DNA from: a virus
DNA length: 64,000 nucleotides
Virus record (IMG/VR): IMGVR_UViG_3300032288_003086
Location: 1-64,000 of that record
Reading direction: 5' to 3' (one strand)
Position 1 is the first letter of the stretch. Each line of letters begins with the position of its first letter. Below, one piece after another: positions 45,635-56,582 of the stretch. The position numbers and the translations under genes were made by a program. Below the pieces are notes generated by a model, which saw nothing but the letters and a program-made list of their open reading frames with translations, had not been told where the DNA came from and did not search any database.

Positions 45635-48600
45635 ATGAACGTCAAGGTAAATAGAGTTCGCGGGGGTAGCATGGGCGACCAGCGCAACTATGGTTTGGTA
45701 ACAGGCAGCATCTGGAACTATGAGGATAAGCCATCCACAAACGAAGTCTCTGATACACTAGGGGCTGTGGACAGGGATCAAGCAACCATAGAAGCTGAGC
45801 GTGGGGAGACTGTTATATATCCAGACAAGGATGGACAGATTACCCATGCCAAGATTGGTGGTAAAAGACATACTCATGGAGGAACCCCATTGGATATTCC
45901 AGATGGAGCTTTTGTCTTTTCAGACACTAGGGCTCTATTGATCAAGAACAAGGAGTTGCTTAAGAACATCTTTGGTATGAACAGCAAGAAGGCTGTGACT
46001 CCTGCCAAGGTTGCCCAGCGATATGACCTGAATCAGTACAATGAGATATTGAATGATCCTGAGTCTGACTTCTTATCTAAGAAGACTGCGCAGCTCATGC
46101 TTGACAACAACATGAAAAAGCTGGGGCAATTGGCTTTGGTACAAGAAGGCATGAAAGGATTCCCTGATGGTATTCCAGACATTGCTCTTCCTCTTTTTGG
46201 TAGTGACATTGCAGTGGCTCAGCCTATGCAAGAGATGCCACAAGCCAAGTTTGGTGGACAGATCATGAGAAGGGGTGGAAAGAAACTTCCAAAACATCAA
46301 GATTATGGTGAAGTATTTTCATCTGAATCAGGTTATAGGCTTCCTGAAGTATTAGTAGAAGAATTTTATCCTGAATGGCAGCAATATATCCAAAGAGGAT
46401 TAGTAGATCCTAATGCCCTTCCAGATGAAGATGAAAGTATCAAGCGACAGCAAGTTGCTAATGCTATTAAGATCTATAACGATGCTTTGAAAAGTGGAGA
46501 TGTAAAAGCTATGAAAAATGCATCTGACGCTCTTTTTAAGATGGATATTGAAGGCTTCTCAACTCCTGGTCCATGGCTTTCTAAAGGATGGAAGAATTTT
46601 CAACAAGGTCTTGGGAACTTAATGTTTGATGTTGTATCACCTGTTTTTAAAGAGTTTAACACACCTTTAGAAGATATTCCTGCTACGGACATGTATATAA
46701 ATATGAGGGGAGCTGCACAACGAGCTGAAAGAGCATTGGCACAAAGAGCTCCTTCTGGAGCATGGACTTGGCAAGATAAAATATATGAGATGGGTCGCAT
46801 GCTTGAAAATTTTATTGAAGACAAAGAGAAGATGTCAGCAACTTCTTCTAATGCGAAAAATTTACTACCTAAGATAGAAGAGTATGGTAAAAAGAAAGAT
46901 GAAGTAGTTTCAAAAGCTGAGGAAATACTTAAAAATCCTGAAGCATATTCTCCAGATTTAGTATATAAAGCTGGAGAGTTTATCAGTGAATATAAAGGTG
47001 AAGATTTTTGGCGTGGGCTTTTGAGAGATGAAAAGTCCTTTTTTGAAGCACCACTTAAACCAGCAGAAAATTTAAATCTACATCAACTTAATCCAGAAAC
47101 TTGGAACAGTCTGTATAGCAAGCCAGTTGGTATAATAAAAAAAGCATATGACGATCTTGTAGATACTAAGGCTATTAAAACAGAACAACAAAGACAAGAA
47201 CAAGAAAATGCAGGAACTCAATCTAATAAAGAAAGTCTTAATCAATGGATTAGTGGTATTAAAAGTGGTAAATATTCTGTAAATGAAGTACCTCGAGATC
47301 TTCTACCTGATCTTGAAGCAGCAGGTATTGATATATCTGGTGCTGGCAACCCTGCTCCTACTCGTAGTAGTTCTTCTTCCCGATCTACTCAACAGCGCGC
47401 AACAACTGCTCCTTCTAAAACTGAAGAGTCTGATGAAACAATTAGGCAGAGACTTATAAGTATTGGTATTGATCCAAATGATATTACTCCTGAGATGATA
47501 CAGCAGAATAAATATGCTAAAGGAGGAATGACATATGTATATGATCCTACGAACAATATAATGCTTGATAAGTATCAGACTAAAGGAGGTGTAAAGGCAT
47601 TTAATATCTATGATAAGAATTTTAGGGACTATGCTAATCAGAATAAGTTAAAGTTAGTTCTACCTAGTTGGGCTACAGGTATGATGAGCATTGGTGAACA
47701 AAATCCTTCAAAAGATCCAAGATTTAAAAAATCTGCTACAGGAGAGATTATACCAAGCGCGGGTATCAGTGGATATACAGGTCCTGATGATCTTATCAAA
47801 TGGCATAAGAGTCAAGGAATGGACTTCTCCAAGTATGTAGATGCTGATGGTAACACTGCCAAGGATGAGACAGATGGCATGACCAAGTTTAAAAATGACT
47901 TAAAGACTTGGGATAACAGTGGTAAGAAACACAGGCATGCTACTTCATGGATGCTTGGCAAGGTTGATGAAATCAATACTGAAAGAGCTACCAAGCTTGG
48001 GTTAGCCGCTCCTCCTAGTCAAACTGATAAAGGTACAACAGGATGGGATGTCACAGGATTTGATGTACTTACAGGAACAAAGTATCTTGCTCCTGAAGAT
48101 ACGCCTGTTGATGATGTACCACCTGTACAACCTCCTGTTGAAACACCTCCTGTTAATACTCCTCCAGCTGATGTTCCTACTCCAAAATATACAGCTGGCT
48201 ATCCAGGAGGCTGGACTGACTACAGTACATTGAATCTTGCTACAGCAATGGGGATGGCGAACCAAGTTGAGCCAGGTGCCCTTCCTCCTTTTACTCAAGC
48301 ATTCCCTGACTTAGGTCGTCCTGTGTTTATGGATCCTAGAGCCAATATCATGAATCAACTTGCACTGCAGAATCAGCAAGCTGAGATGATTGCGGGTATG
48401 TCTAGTCCTACTGTGGGTAGAGCAAACATCATTGCCAGTGCTGCAAAAACAGCTGAGCCAATCAGTGACATCATGGCCAAGTATGACCAGGCTAATGCCA
48501 CTATTGCAAACACCTATGAAGGACAGCGTGCTGCAATAAGCAATCAAGCACAGATGACAAGTGCTGCCAAGCGTGAAGAGTTCCAGGATGAGCTTGCTGT

Positions 48601-48940
48601 CCGCAGACAGAATTACTTGAATGCGTTAAAAGAATCTCAAGCCAATGTGGCTTATCAATATGAGCGTGGGGCAAAAGACTTCAGGGAAAAGAATGCCTTG
48701 AATGTACAAAACCCTAACTACATGTTTGATAACTATGGCAATATCATGTTCAAGCCTGGTTACAATCCAAATGCAACAGCAAGTAGTTCGGCAGATGATT
48801 TACTTGATAACTATATCAATAAAGGCATAGATCCTAACAAGGCAGCTGCTCTTGTTGCTGCACAGATGAAGTTGAATGACAATGCTTTCAATTATGACCC
48901 TATGTCTACGGTTTGGGGTTCTCAAAAACCAGTTAGTTAA
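45635..48940 (+). CDS. Cargo protein 3 (crAss-like conserved ejected protein with inserted modules)
   Basis: N-terminal 'EAERGE...GKRHTHGG...VFSD' resembles the conserved crAss-like cargo domain. GG/LPKHQ and GG/LDKYQ linkers. Coiled-coil C-terminus. Confidence 0.6.
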   Translation: MNVKVNRVRGGSMGDQRNYGLVTGSIWNYEDKPSTNEVSDTLGAVDRDQATIEAERGETVIYPDKDGQITHAKIGGKRHTHGGTPLDIPDGAFVFSDTRALLIKNKELLKNIFGMNSKKAVTPAKVAQRYDLNQYNEILNDPESDFLSKKTAQLMLDNNMKKLGQLALVQEGMKGFPDGIPDIALPLFGSDIAVAQPMQEMPQAKFGGQIMRRGGKKLPKHQDYGEVFSSESGYRLPEVLVEEFYPEWQQYIQRGLVDPNALPDEDESIKRQQVANAIKIYNDALKSGDVKAMKNASDALFKMDIEGFSTPGPWLSKGWKNFQQGLGNLMFDVVSPVFKEFNTPLEDIPATDMYINMRGAAQRAERALAQRAPSGAWTWQDKIYEMGRMLENFIEDKEKMSATSSNAKNLLPKIEEYGKKKDEVVSKAEEILKNPEAYSPDLVYKAGEFISEYKGEDFWRGLLRDEKSFFEAPLKPAENLNLHQLNPETWNSLYSKPVGIIKKAYDDLVDTKAIKTEQQRQEQENAGTQSNKESLNQWISGIKSGKYSVNEVPRDLLPDLEAAGIDISGAGNPAPTRSSSSSRSTQQRATTAPSKTEESDETIRQRLISIGIDPNDITPEMIQQNKYAKGGMTYVYDPTNNIMLDKYQTKGGVKAFNIYDKNFRDYANQNKLKLVLPSWATGMMSIGEQNPSKDPRFKKSATGEIIPSAGISGYTGPDDLIKWHKSQGMDFSKYVDADGNTAKDETDGMTKFKNDLKTWDNSGKKHRHATSWMLGKVDEINTERATKLGLAAPPSQTDKGTTGWDVTGFDVLTGTKYLAPEDTPVDDVPPVQPPVETPPVNTPPADVPTPKYTAGYPGGWTDYSTLNLATAMGMANQVEPGALPPFTQAFPDLGRPVFMDPRANIMNQLALQNQQAEMIAGMSSPTVGRANIIASAAKTAEPISDIMAKYDQANATIANTYEGQRAAISNQAQMTSAAKREEFQDELAVRRQNYLNALKESQANVAYQYERGAKDFREKNALNVQNPNYMFDNYGNIMFKPGYNPNATASSSADDLLDNYINKGIDPNKAAALVAAQMKLNDNAFNYDPMSTVWGSQKPVS

Positions 48941-51711
48941 TGGCAACATATCTTAAAGGTGTAACGGATGTAATCCCTAAGCAACCAGAAGTCAAGTTAG
49001 ATTACGACCTGCTTTCCAAATCTCTTACTGCACTTCAAGGAAGATATGACAGTGCATATAAGAGTTGGAAGTCCATGTATAATTCTCTGCTTAGTGCAGA
49101 GCTTTCATCTACTGACAACGAGCAGTTTAGGGCTGACTACATGAAAAAGGCAGATGCTGCACTTAGTCAGGTCGCAGGCATTGATCTTGCCAATGGTGCA
49201 AACCTTCAGCAAGCGATGACCATCTTTGATCCTCTTGTGAATGACCAAGAGTATGTCAGAGACCTGTATCTGACCAAGACCCAGCGCCAGCAGTTTACAA
49301 AGATGAATCAGTTCAAGAACAGCACTGATCCCAAGCTACAAGCCCAGTACAATCCTATAATGGAGCAATACATGGGTATAGGTATGCAGCGTCTTTCTGA
49401 GATGAAAAGGGGTAATGGTTCCATAGAAAATGCTACTGTGAACATGTTCAGTCCTTGGCAGGATCCTTTAGAGTATGCTAGGACTACTGCAAAAGACCAA
49501 GGTCTTGAGATTAAAACCAACACTCCTAATGGAGAATGGTTAGTCACTGAAGTAAATGGTGGTAAAACTGTTGATACCTATAGGAATTGGTTTAAGAATA
49601 CCATAGGCAGTAAGTTTGACAATCAATTCAGGATTGAGGCGGAAGTTGATACAGAGAATGCCATCAGATCCAAAATGGCTGAAACCAAATTGGACAGGGG
49701 CACTGTGATGCAACAAATGGCGCAGGAGTACTCTACAACATATGTCAAGGATTACAACGATGACATGTCTTCTTTGGAATCCCAAATTAACAACCTGAAT
49801 TCCCAAAGGAAGAAGTTAGAGAAAAGGTATCCCAATCCTAGCCAGCAAGTTGTTGATCAGAACAATGCCATGAAGCAGCAGAAGGATATTCTTCAAAAGC
49901 AGCTTGATGACATGCGTACTGGAAAGGTGGATGATGCTCAGCTTCAAAAGAAGGCTTCTGACATATTCATGAGCAGTCCTTCAAGTGTGTATGTAGGACA
50001 GGTAAGGAACAGGTATGCTGACAGGTTTGCCTACAACCAGGCATATGGTAAGATGGAGCTCAAGTATGAGCCTAACCAGATTTGGATGCATAAAAGCAGC
50101 CAAGCTTTCCAAAGAGCCATGCAGGAAGATCAGCAGCAATTTACTGCTGAGCAGAACAAGCTTAAAGCACAGTGGGATTACAATCTTTCCCTTGCCAAGG
50201 GTGAGCTAAAAGGTACAGGTGCAGGCATTGGTCAAAAGACAGATGTGGGTGTACTGGGTGCATATGAGACTTACAGTAGGACTATCTCAGAGAACTTTAC
50301 TAAAAGCACCAATGCGTATATCAATGATAAGGTTCTAGCAGTAGCTGCTAACATAAAAATTGATAAAAATGGCACTGTAAAAACAGATGCAAATGAACCA
50401 GACATGCAGGTTGTACAATCTGCAATGGAAGCAAAAGCATCAGGTAAGGCATTGACAGGAGCTCAAAGTGTAGCTCTTACCAGATATTTCAATATGGTAT
50501 CTCCTAACTCTAGGATAAATCCCAATGCTGTAACTTTTACAGAAATGCAGAGCATGATTACCAATGCTATTCGCACTAATTCCAAACTGAATCCTGAGTA
50601 TGGTGCTGCTGCATGGACTAGTGTTAATGAAGCAAATCTTGCTAGACAGCAATACGAAAAGATGTTTGACAGTGAAACCAAGCATCTTGCAACCATCACT
50701 GATCCAGAGCTTACCAAGTTTATAAAAACAGATGCTTCAGGTAACAAGTCTGTTAATGTGGCTGCGGTAAATGCCCTTGATGAAGAAGACAGGGAAGTTA
50801 CTTATAGGGCACTGATGGGTGGCAACTATGATGCTTATGCCAAGAAAGGCGCTACACAGGCTAATACCATTGTGCTTAATCCTTTGGATGTAAGTAAGTT
50901 TGATTATTCTATTTTAAGTTCTGCAATCAATAATGCTGAACAAATAGGATACACTGATCCTACTTCAGGTAGTTTTATAAAACTGGATGAGACGGCGACT
51001 GCAGCGTTTAGAAGTCAAACATCAGGTGGTCAAAACATGAAACAAGCCTTTGATCCAAAAGGTACCATGTATGAGCGCAAGATTGTCAATGGTCAAGAAT
51101 ACATTAAAGTGACCATTCCTCTTCTGAGAACTTCTGGAGAAACCTCCACATCTATTGCCAAACAGTTCGGATATTTGAGTCAGGAGATGACTGCACAAAA
51201 CAAAGTTGAAATGTTAGTGCCTCTTGGAAAGGCTGATAATCTTGGCGGAGTCAAGGATATGAATATCAATCCTTACACTGGAGGACTGATGGGTGAACAG
51301 CAGTATCTTGGAGACATGATCAATGATCTTGCAGGCAGGTCACTTGTTGATGACAACACGAGTTGGGTTAGCGAAGGTCTTATGAATTCCAACAATGTGA
51401 CTTTTCCAGACTATCTCAAAGGTTCTGTTGAAAATGGAAATCTCAGTATAACTGGCAATGAGATAAGTTTGCAGATTCTAAATGATGATGGCATAAAACA
51501 AAATGTTAATCTTACTCAAGTCCTAGGTATTACGGCTAGTCAATTGAGAGCTGATCCTACGTCATATGATTTTAAACTAAGACAGACTGTTGAAAATTCT
51601 GTCTACAACTTACAAAGGGCAGCAATGTCTTCTTCACATAATGCCATAAATGAAAACAGGATGTCTGCTGGCTCTTCTGGAAGTAATTTTTGGAGCAGTA
51701 ATCCATTTTAA
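48940..51711 (+). CDS. Large ejected (ejectosome) protein
   Basis: 923 aa, helical/coiled-coil. First of three giant genes ending in the vRNAP, as in phi14:2-like phages. Confidence 0.55.
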   Translation: MATYLKGVTDVIPKQPEVKLDYDLLSKSLTALQGRYDSAYKSWKSMYNSLLSAELSSTDNEQFRADYMKKADAALSQVAGIDLANGANLQQAMTIFDPLVNDQEYVRDLYLTKTQRQQFTKMNQFKNSTDPKLQAQYNPIMEQYMGIGMQRLSEMKRGNGSIENATVNMFSPWQDPLEYARTTAKDQGLEIKTNTPNGEWLVTEVNGGKTVDTYRNWFKNTIGSKFDNQFRIEAEVDTENAIRSKMAETKLDRGTVMQQMAQEYSTTYVKDYNDDMSSLESQINNLNSQRKKLEKRYPNPSQQVVDQNNAMKQQKDILQKQLDDMRTGKVDDAQLQKKASDIFMSSPSSVYVGQVRNRYADRFAYNQAYGKMELKYEPNQIWMHKSSQAFQRAMQEDQQQFTAEQNKLKAQWDYNLSLAKGELKGTGAGIGQKTDVGVLGAYETYSRTISENFTKSTNAYINDKVLAVAANIKIDKNGTVKTDANEPDMQVVQSAMEAKASGKALTGAQSVALTRYFNMVSPNSRINPNAVTFTEMQSMITNAIRTNSKLNPEYGAAAWTSVNEANLARQQYEKMFDSETKHLATITDPELTKFIKTDASGNKSVNVAAVNALDEEDREVTYRALMGGNYDAYAKKGATQANTIVLNPLDVSKFDYSILSSAINNAEQIGYTDPTSGSFIKLDETATAAFRSQTSGGQNMKQAFDPKGTMYERKIVNGQEYIKVTIPLLRTSGETSTSIAKQFGYLSQEMTAQNKVEMLVPLGKADNLGGVKDMNINPYTGGLMGEQQYLGDMINDLAGRSLVDDNTSWVSEGLMNSNNVTFPDYLKGSVENGNLSITGNEISLQILNDDGIKQNVNLTQVLGITASQLRADPTSYDFKLRQTVENSVYNLQRAAMSSSHNAINENRMSAGSSGSNFWSSNPF

Positions 51712-51713
51712 TT

Positions 51714-54700
51714 ATGGTTGATCCATTTAACCTGTTTAGTTCAGATACAAGCTCAACACCAGATCCTACACCTGAACAAAGCGTAGGTGGAAGATCCTCT
51801 GAACCTGCTCAATCCCCTTCTCTTGGGGAGGCTGTCAATCAAGCTGCCAACACTGTAATGAGTCAGCAGCCGATGTTTGACGTTAGCAGCTATGACCCTA
51901 AGTTAAAAGAGCGTTACAAAAGCGATCCTAGTATCTACAATGATTACTTTGATCCTACTGCTGATAATGAAAGGGTTGCTTATGAGAACTGGGATAAGAT
52001 GGACGCCCTGGGTGCAGGATTCGGTGGCTTCATAGAAAACTTCAAAACATCTTATTCAGAAGGATGGATGGCCTGGCCTAGGATGGGTAAGGCTCTTTTT
52101 AATTTGGATGCTGATTATCTGATGCCTTCTGAGAAAGAACTTGCTCAGATGGCAATGAATGAGGAGAAGATGCGGCTTGAAAACCCTATCTTCTATGCTC
52201 CAGGTACGGAAGATGATTTCCTTACCAAAGGATTCATGGCTGAGACTTTTCAGAATCTTGGTTTCACTTTTGGTACAATGGGGCAGCTTACTACAGAGTG
52301 GGGTATAACAGCAGCAATTGCAGCTTTAGGAACAGCGGGTGCAGCTCCAACAGGAGGTACTTCAGCTGCAGCAGCAGGAGCTGTTGTAGGTGCACAAGTT
52401 GCAGCAACAGGTGTCAAGCTTGGAAGAATAGCTTCTGTATGGCAGAAGATGGGAAGGTTCTTTGTAGGAAGTGCTGCTGACGATGCTGCTAAGGCAGGTG
52501 TTAATGTTACTGCAAATGCTGTTGATGATATTACATCTACAGCCACACAAAGTGCCATAAGGAGAAGTGTTGCAGATGATGTTGCTTCATCAACTCTGGG
52601 ACCAGCTACTGGTGGAGGTTCCCGTATTTTGGATAATGCATTACAGCTTGCTTCAAAGACTCCTATAGTAGGGAATTTTGCAGATGCTGCTCGTATAATC
52701 AGGGCAGGAAGAAACGGTACACTTACAGGTGCTGAAATTGCAAAAGTAGGAGCAGGTGCTCTTAGAAGAGGATTTGCAGAATGGCAGATGGCTGCTGGTG
52801 AGGCATCCATTGAAGCAGGGGGCAACTATGGTCAGATTGTTACTACTCTTACTGATGAATACGCCAAGAAGAACAATGGCGCTCTTCCAATGGGAGATGA
52901 ATACAAGAAGATACAAGACCTGGCTATGCAGAGTGCCACTTCTGATTTTGCAACCAATGTGGCAATTCTTGCAGTAAGTAACAAGCTTATGTTTGGAAAC
53001 ATGATACGCAAGTTCATGCCAGACAGTAAAGCTGTTATTGCATTGAGAAGTGCCATGATGAAAGACATGGCTGAGGAAGCGGGAGTACTTGCTGTAAAAG
53101 GCATGGGTAAGGCTGGTAAGGAAACAACAAGGTTATATCAAAAAGGACTTTTAGGTACACTTGGTCTTGCTCCTCAGATTGCTACAACTTTTGGTGGTAA
53201 AAGAGCTGCTTGGGAAGTCGGTAAAAGTACTCTGAAAGGAGTGACTAGATTCCAACTATTGGAAGGTCTTCAAGAAAACTTGCAAGAAGGAACCAATGAA
53301 TATCTCATAGATTATTACACAGATTTATACAATGGTGATTTAGCTACTTGGGGTAAGTCATTTGATGAAGCTGTGGATTCCCAGATGACCAAGCGTGGAG
53401 CAAAGACATTCTTAATGGGTGCCATGACAGGATTGTTTGTGAATCCTGTGGTGAATACCATACAATATGGTGCGGCGGCTTCTGGTATTAATCCAAACTT
53501 GAAGAACCACCGTGAAAGCGTATCCAGGAGTGTGGAAGCCATGAATAACTTCTTCACTAGCGGGCATGAGAATGTATTGAAGGAGACTGTCAAAAACATC
53601 AAGCTTCAGACAGCTTATAATGACGGTATGGTGGAAGCGCTTAATACACAGGATAAGCTGCAATACTATAACAACAGAGATTCAGCTTTGATAGCTGCGG
53701 TGATGCATGCAAGAAGAACTGGAACCATGGATCATCTAAGCTCCTTTATAAAAGGATATGGTGAGAATTTTAGTGAAAAGGAATTTCAAGAGGCTTTCAA
53801 TTACACTCCTCAGGAGTTAGGCAAGTCATCTCCTTCTGAAGTCATGGGAGATATATCCAATTCTGTAAAGAAGTTCTCTGATATCTATGACAAGAACATG
53901 ACCAAGTTTGGTTTGTACTTGGGCATGGATGAATACATGAAGGATCCTGGAGCCAAACAAAGGTTTGGAATCAAGAAGGCGGCGTTATTAGATGCCATTG
54001 AAACAGTATCCTTCATGGAAGCTAAGGGTCAACAAAGTGTTGAACGCCAAAAACAAATGCTGCAGGAGATTGCCTCCTATGCTTCAATAGGCAGTAGTCT
54101 GTCTGGAGCATTCAATACCATCATCGACCCAGATGAGATCGACAATCAACTGCTCCTTCTTCAAAATGAGATAAAGACTCTAAGTGATATAGAGCAAACA
54201 GACCAGACCAAGAAAGCCATTGAGGGTAAAAATCAAGAGATAGATGACTTGAGCATACTTAAAATGTTCATGTATGATCCTCAAATTGCTAAAGATCCAA
54301 ATGATCCTTCCAAAAAGATAACTCTTTGGGATGTTCGTATGGCACTCAAGGATCAAGCAGGACTTAGAAAAGGTATTGCTACTGTTCTTTCTAGATATCT
54401 GCAAACCAAGAATGAACAGAATGGTGTAAAAACTCCTGTAAATGAACAGGAAGTATACGATGCCTTGGACACAATTCTGGACTATGTAGCTCTAGGTAGA
54501 GATCATGCTGAGTATGTACAGGCTATAAATTTGCTAAATGATCCTGAGACATTCACCAATCATATTGCAAAGATGCAAGATGCCAGGGCGGGTGCTTTTG
54601 CCAGATTGATATATGATCAATATCAAAAGCTTGGTGAGATAAGTGAAGTTGCAAGAGAGTGGGTAGAAGCTCCTGAACAAAAACAAGCTCTTGAGGAACT

Positions 54701-56576
54701 ACTCAAGATCAGTAAGAATCCTTCAGGCACATTTGAAAACCTTCAGAAGATAGAGCAGCTTCGCAGTAAACTTGCTGGTAAATCATCTGAGTTTGAAGCT
54801 CAGCGTACCCAGGAAGAGAAAGCTAAGCAAGAGGCAGTTGAAAAGGAGAGAGCTCAAAAACAGGCAGCTTCAGACCAGAGTAGGGACTATGTGGATATCA
54901 TATCATTATATGAAGATCCTGCCACTACACACCTTGCCCTTGAGTTCATGGCCATGCGTTATGATCTTGATGGGTTGCGGGACAACTTCCCATTTGCCAG
55001 TGAAGATCTTGCTCAAAGGGTTGTAAAAAGATATTATATAGGAGCCAATGGTGAGAGGGTTGAGTTCCCCAGGGCTTTAAGGATTAAACTCAGAAGTGAG
55101 CTGTATCCTTATGATGCAAACAATCAAAAAATACTTGATGAAAATCAAGAGCATGTACCAGTAGATACTGCTATTGATAATTACAATGCCCTGTTCCATT
55201 TTCTCATGGAGTATGAGTATGGTCTGTTTGTAAACCAGAAGGGCAATGAGATCATCCAAAACTCCCAACAGACAACAGAAACTGTTACTGCTGTAGATAA
55301 TGAGAAGGCCAAGCTGATAAACTTCGTAGGTACTCCTGTAGTTCTCAATGGAACATCAGGTACCTTGCGAATCATCGATGACCAGTTTATTCTGGAATAT
55401 GATAATGGAGACATGGTTCTGTTGGGCCCTGTATCTGAGGAAGCTTCATTTGACTCATTTACAGATCTTTCACGTTCCTATGTAAAGCAGTCCCCTGAGA
55501 ATGCCACAGTGGTGTCTAATACAGTTGCTGCCAAGGTAGATGTCCAGGAGTCTGGGGTAGTTACTATGGAAATATCTACAAACAACCCTAATGAAGTCAC
55601 TATAAACAATGTGACCTGGAGTGTAGATAGAAATCAAGCGGGAGAGATTATAGGATTTAACAGGACCACTGTTAATAAGAAAGGTAAGAGAAAGGTCCAA
55701 AAGATGTTTGGTACTGATCCAAAGGTTCAAGACTACATCCGCAGGGTCAATGCCTTTCTTATGATGACTCGTGCCATTCCAGATAACGTAATGGATGCTG
55801 CTACTGAGATTGAGAGTCTTGATATGGCTATTGCCCAAGCCACTCAGGAAGTCATGTCAATGGAGGAGCGCAAACTTCGCAGTGATGAGTTAATGGCTCA
55901 GTATCAAGTGAATAAGATTATCAGGGACAGTAAGACTCCTGATATCAACTTCTTGATACATCAGTGGAATAACTCTGAGACCAGAGCTGATATGACTCAA
56001 GAAGACTTGATGAAATTATTCATGTGGGCTTCTGACCTTCGTAACAAGATAAAAAGTAAGTTTACAATATACATGGGCAACAGAGTCTTGGAAGGAACCA
56101 TGGCTGAGTTGATCCAGGAGTATGTCAATCCCATATCTGAAATAATAGATGCAGATGCCACAGAACGAACAAAACCTAAAAGAGCTACAAAACGAGGTGC
56201 TAAAGAAAAGGAGCGAATTGAACAGCTTGATCAAGCTCTTGCCCCCAGAAAAGGCAAACGAGGTGCTAAGGAAGCTGGAGTCGAACCTGAAGGAAAAAAG
56301 CCCAAGCCAAGATCAGTAAAGACTGCTGTAGAGTCAGTAGACAAGAAGGCTGAGAAGAAGGCATCCAAGAGAGGTAAGTCTGAGACGAAATCTTCAGCTG
56401 TTGCTGACACACAACAGAAAGCCAGTCTAGGTCCTGGAACAAGGATGGCCAATAATATCACAGCCAAGAAGCTGGATACTATACAGCAATCCATAGCAGC
56501 ATCTAAAACATCTGAAATCTTCGAGCCGCAGGGTGAGAATCCATTTGAATCATTAAAACAAGCTTGTAATACATAA
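51714..56576 (+). CDS. Giant ejected protein with Gly/Ala-rich hydrophobic segments (putative channel former)
   Basis: 1620 aa with 'WGITAAIAALGTAGAAPTGG...', 'EASIEAG', 'EGLQENLQ', 'FLMGAMTGLF' and a basic C-terminus. Confidence 0.6.
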   Translation: MVDPFNLFSSDTSSTPDPTPEQSVGGRSSEPAQSPSLGEAVNQAANTVMSQQPMFDVSSYDPKLKERYKSDPSIYNDYFDPTADNERVAYENWDKMDALGAGFGGFIENFKTSYSEGWMAWPRMGKALFNLDADYLMPSEKELAQMAMNEEKMRLENPIFYAPGTEDDFLTKGFMAETFQNLGFTFGTMGQLTTEWGITAAIAALGTAGAAPTGGTSAAAAGAVVGAQVAATGVKLGRIASVWQKMGRFFVGSAADDAAKAGVNVTANAVDDITSTATQSAIRRSVADDVASSTLGPATGGGSRILDNALQLASKTPIVGNFADAARIIRAGRNGTLTGAEIAKVGAGALRRGFAEWQMAAGEASIEAGGNYGQIVTTLTDEYAKKNNGALPMGDEYKKIQDLAMQSATSDFATNVAILAVSNKLMFGNMIRKFMPDSKAVIALRSAMMKDMAEEAGVLAVKGMGKAGKETTRLYQKGLLGTLGLAPQIATTFGGKRAAWEVGKSTLKGVTRFQLLEGLQENLQEGTNEYLIDYYTDLYNGDLATWGKSFDEAVDSQMTKRGAKTFLMGAMTGLFVNPVVNTIQYGAAASGINPNLKNHRESVSRSVEAMNNFFTSGHENVLKETVKNIKLQTAYNDGMVEALNTQDKLQYYNNRDSALIAAVMHARRTGTMDHLSSFIKGYGENFSEKEFQEAFNYTPQELGKSSPSEVMGDISNSVKKFSDIYDKNMTKFGLYLGMDEYMKDPGAKQRFGIKKAALLDAIETVSFMEAKGQQSVERQKQMLQEIASYASIGSSLSGAFNTIIDPDEIDNQLLLLQNEIKTLSDIEQTDQTKKAIEGKNQEIDDLSILKMFMYDPQIAKDPNDPSKKITLWDVRMALKDQAGLRKGIATVLSRYLQTKNEQNGVKTPVNEQEVYDALDTILDYVALGRDHAEYVQAINLLNDPETFTNHIAKMQDARAGAFARLIYDQYQKLGEISEVAREWVEAPEQKQALEELLKISKNPSGTFENLQKIEQLRSKLAGKSSEFEAQRTQEEKAKQEAVEKERAQKQAASDQSRDYVDIISLYEDPATTHLALEFMAMRYDLDGLRDNFPFASEDLAQRVVKRYYIGANGERVEFPRALRIKLRSELYPYDANNQKILDENQEHVPVDTAIDNYNALFHFLMEYEYGLFVNQKGNEIIQNSQQTTETVTAVDNEKAKLINFVGTPVVLNGTSGTLRIIDDQFILEYDNGDMVLLGPVSEEASFDSFTDLSRSYVKQSPENATVVSNTVAAKVDVQESGVVTMEISTNNPNEVTINNVTWSVDRNQAGEIIGFNRTTVNKKGKRKVQKMFGTDPKVQDYIRRVNAFLMMTRAIPDNVMDAATEIESLDMAIAQATQEVMSMEERKLRSDELMAQYQVNKIIRDSKTPDINFLIHQWNNSETRADMTQEDLMKLFMWASDLRNKIKSKFTIYMGNRVLEGTMAELIQEYVNPISEIIDADATERTKPKRATKRGAKEKERIEQLDQALAPRKGKRGAKEAGVEPEGKKPKPRSVKTAVESVDKKAEKKASKRGKSETKSSAVADTQQKASLGPGTRMANNITAKKLDTIQQSIAASKTSEIFEPQGENPFESLKQACNT

Positions 56577-56582
56577 GATACC

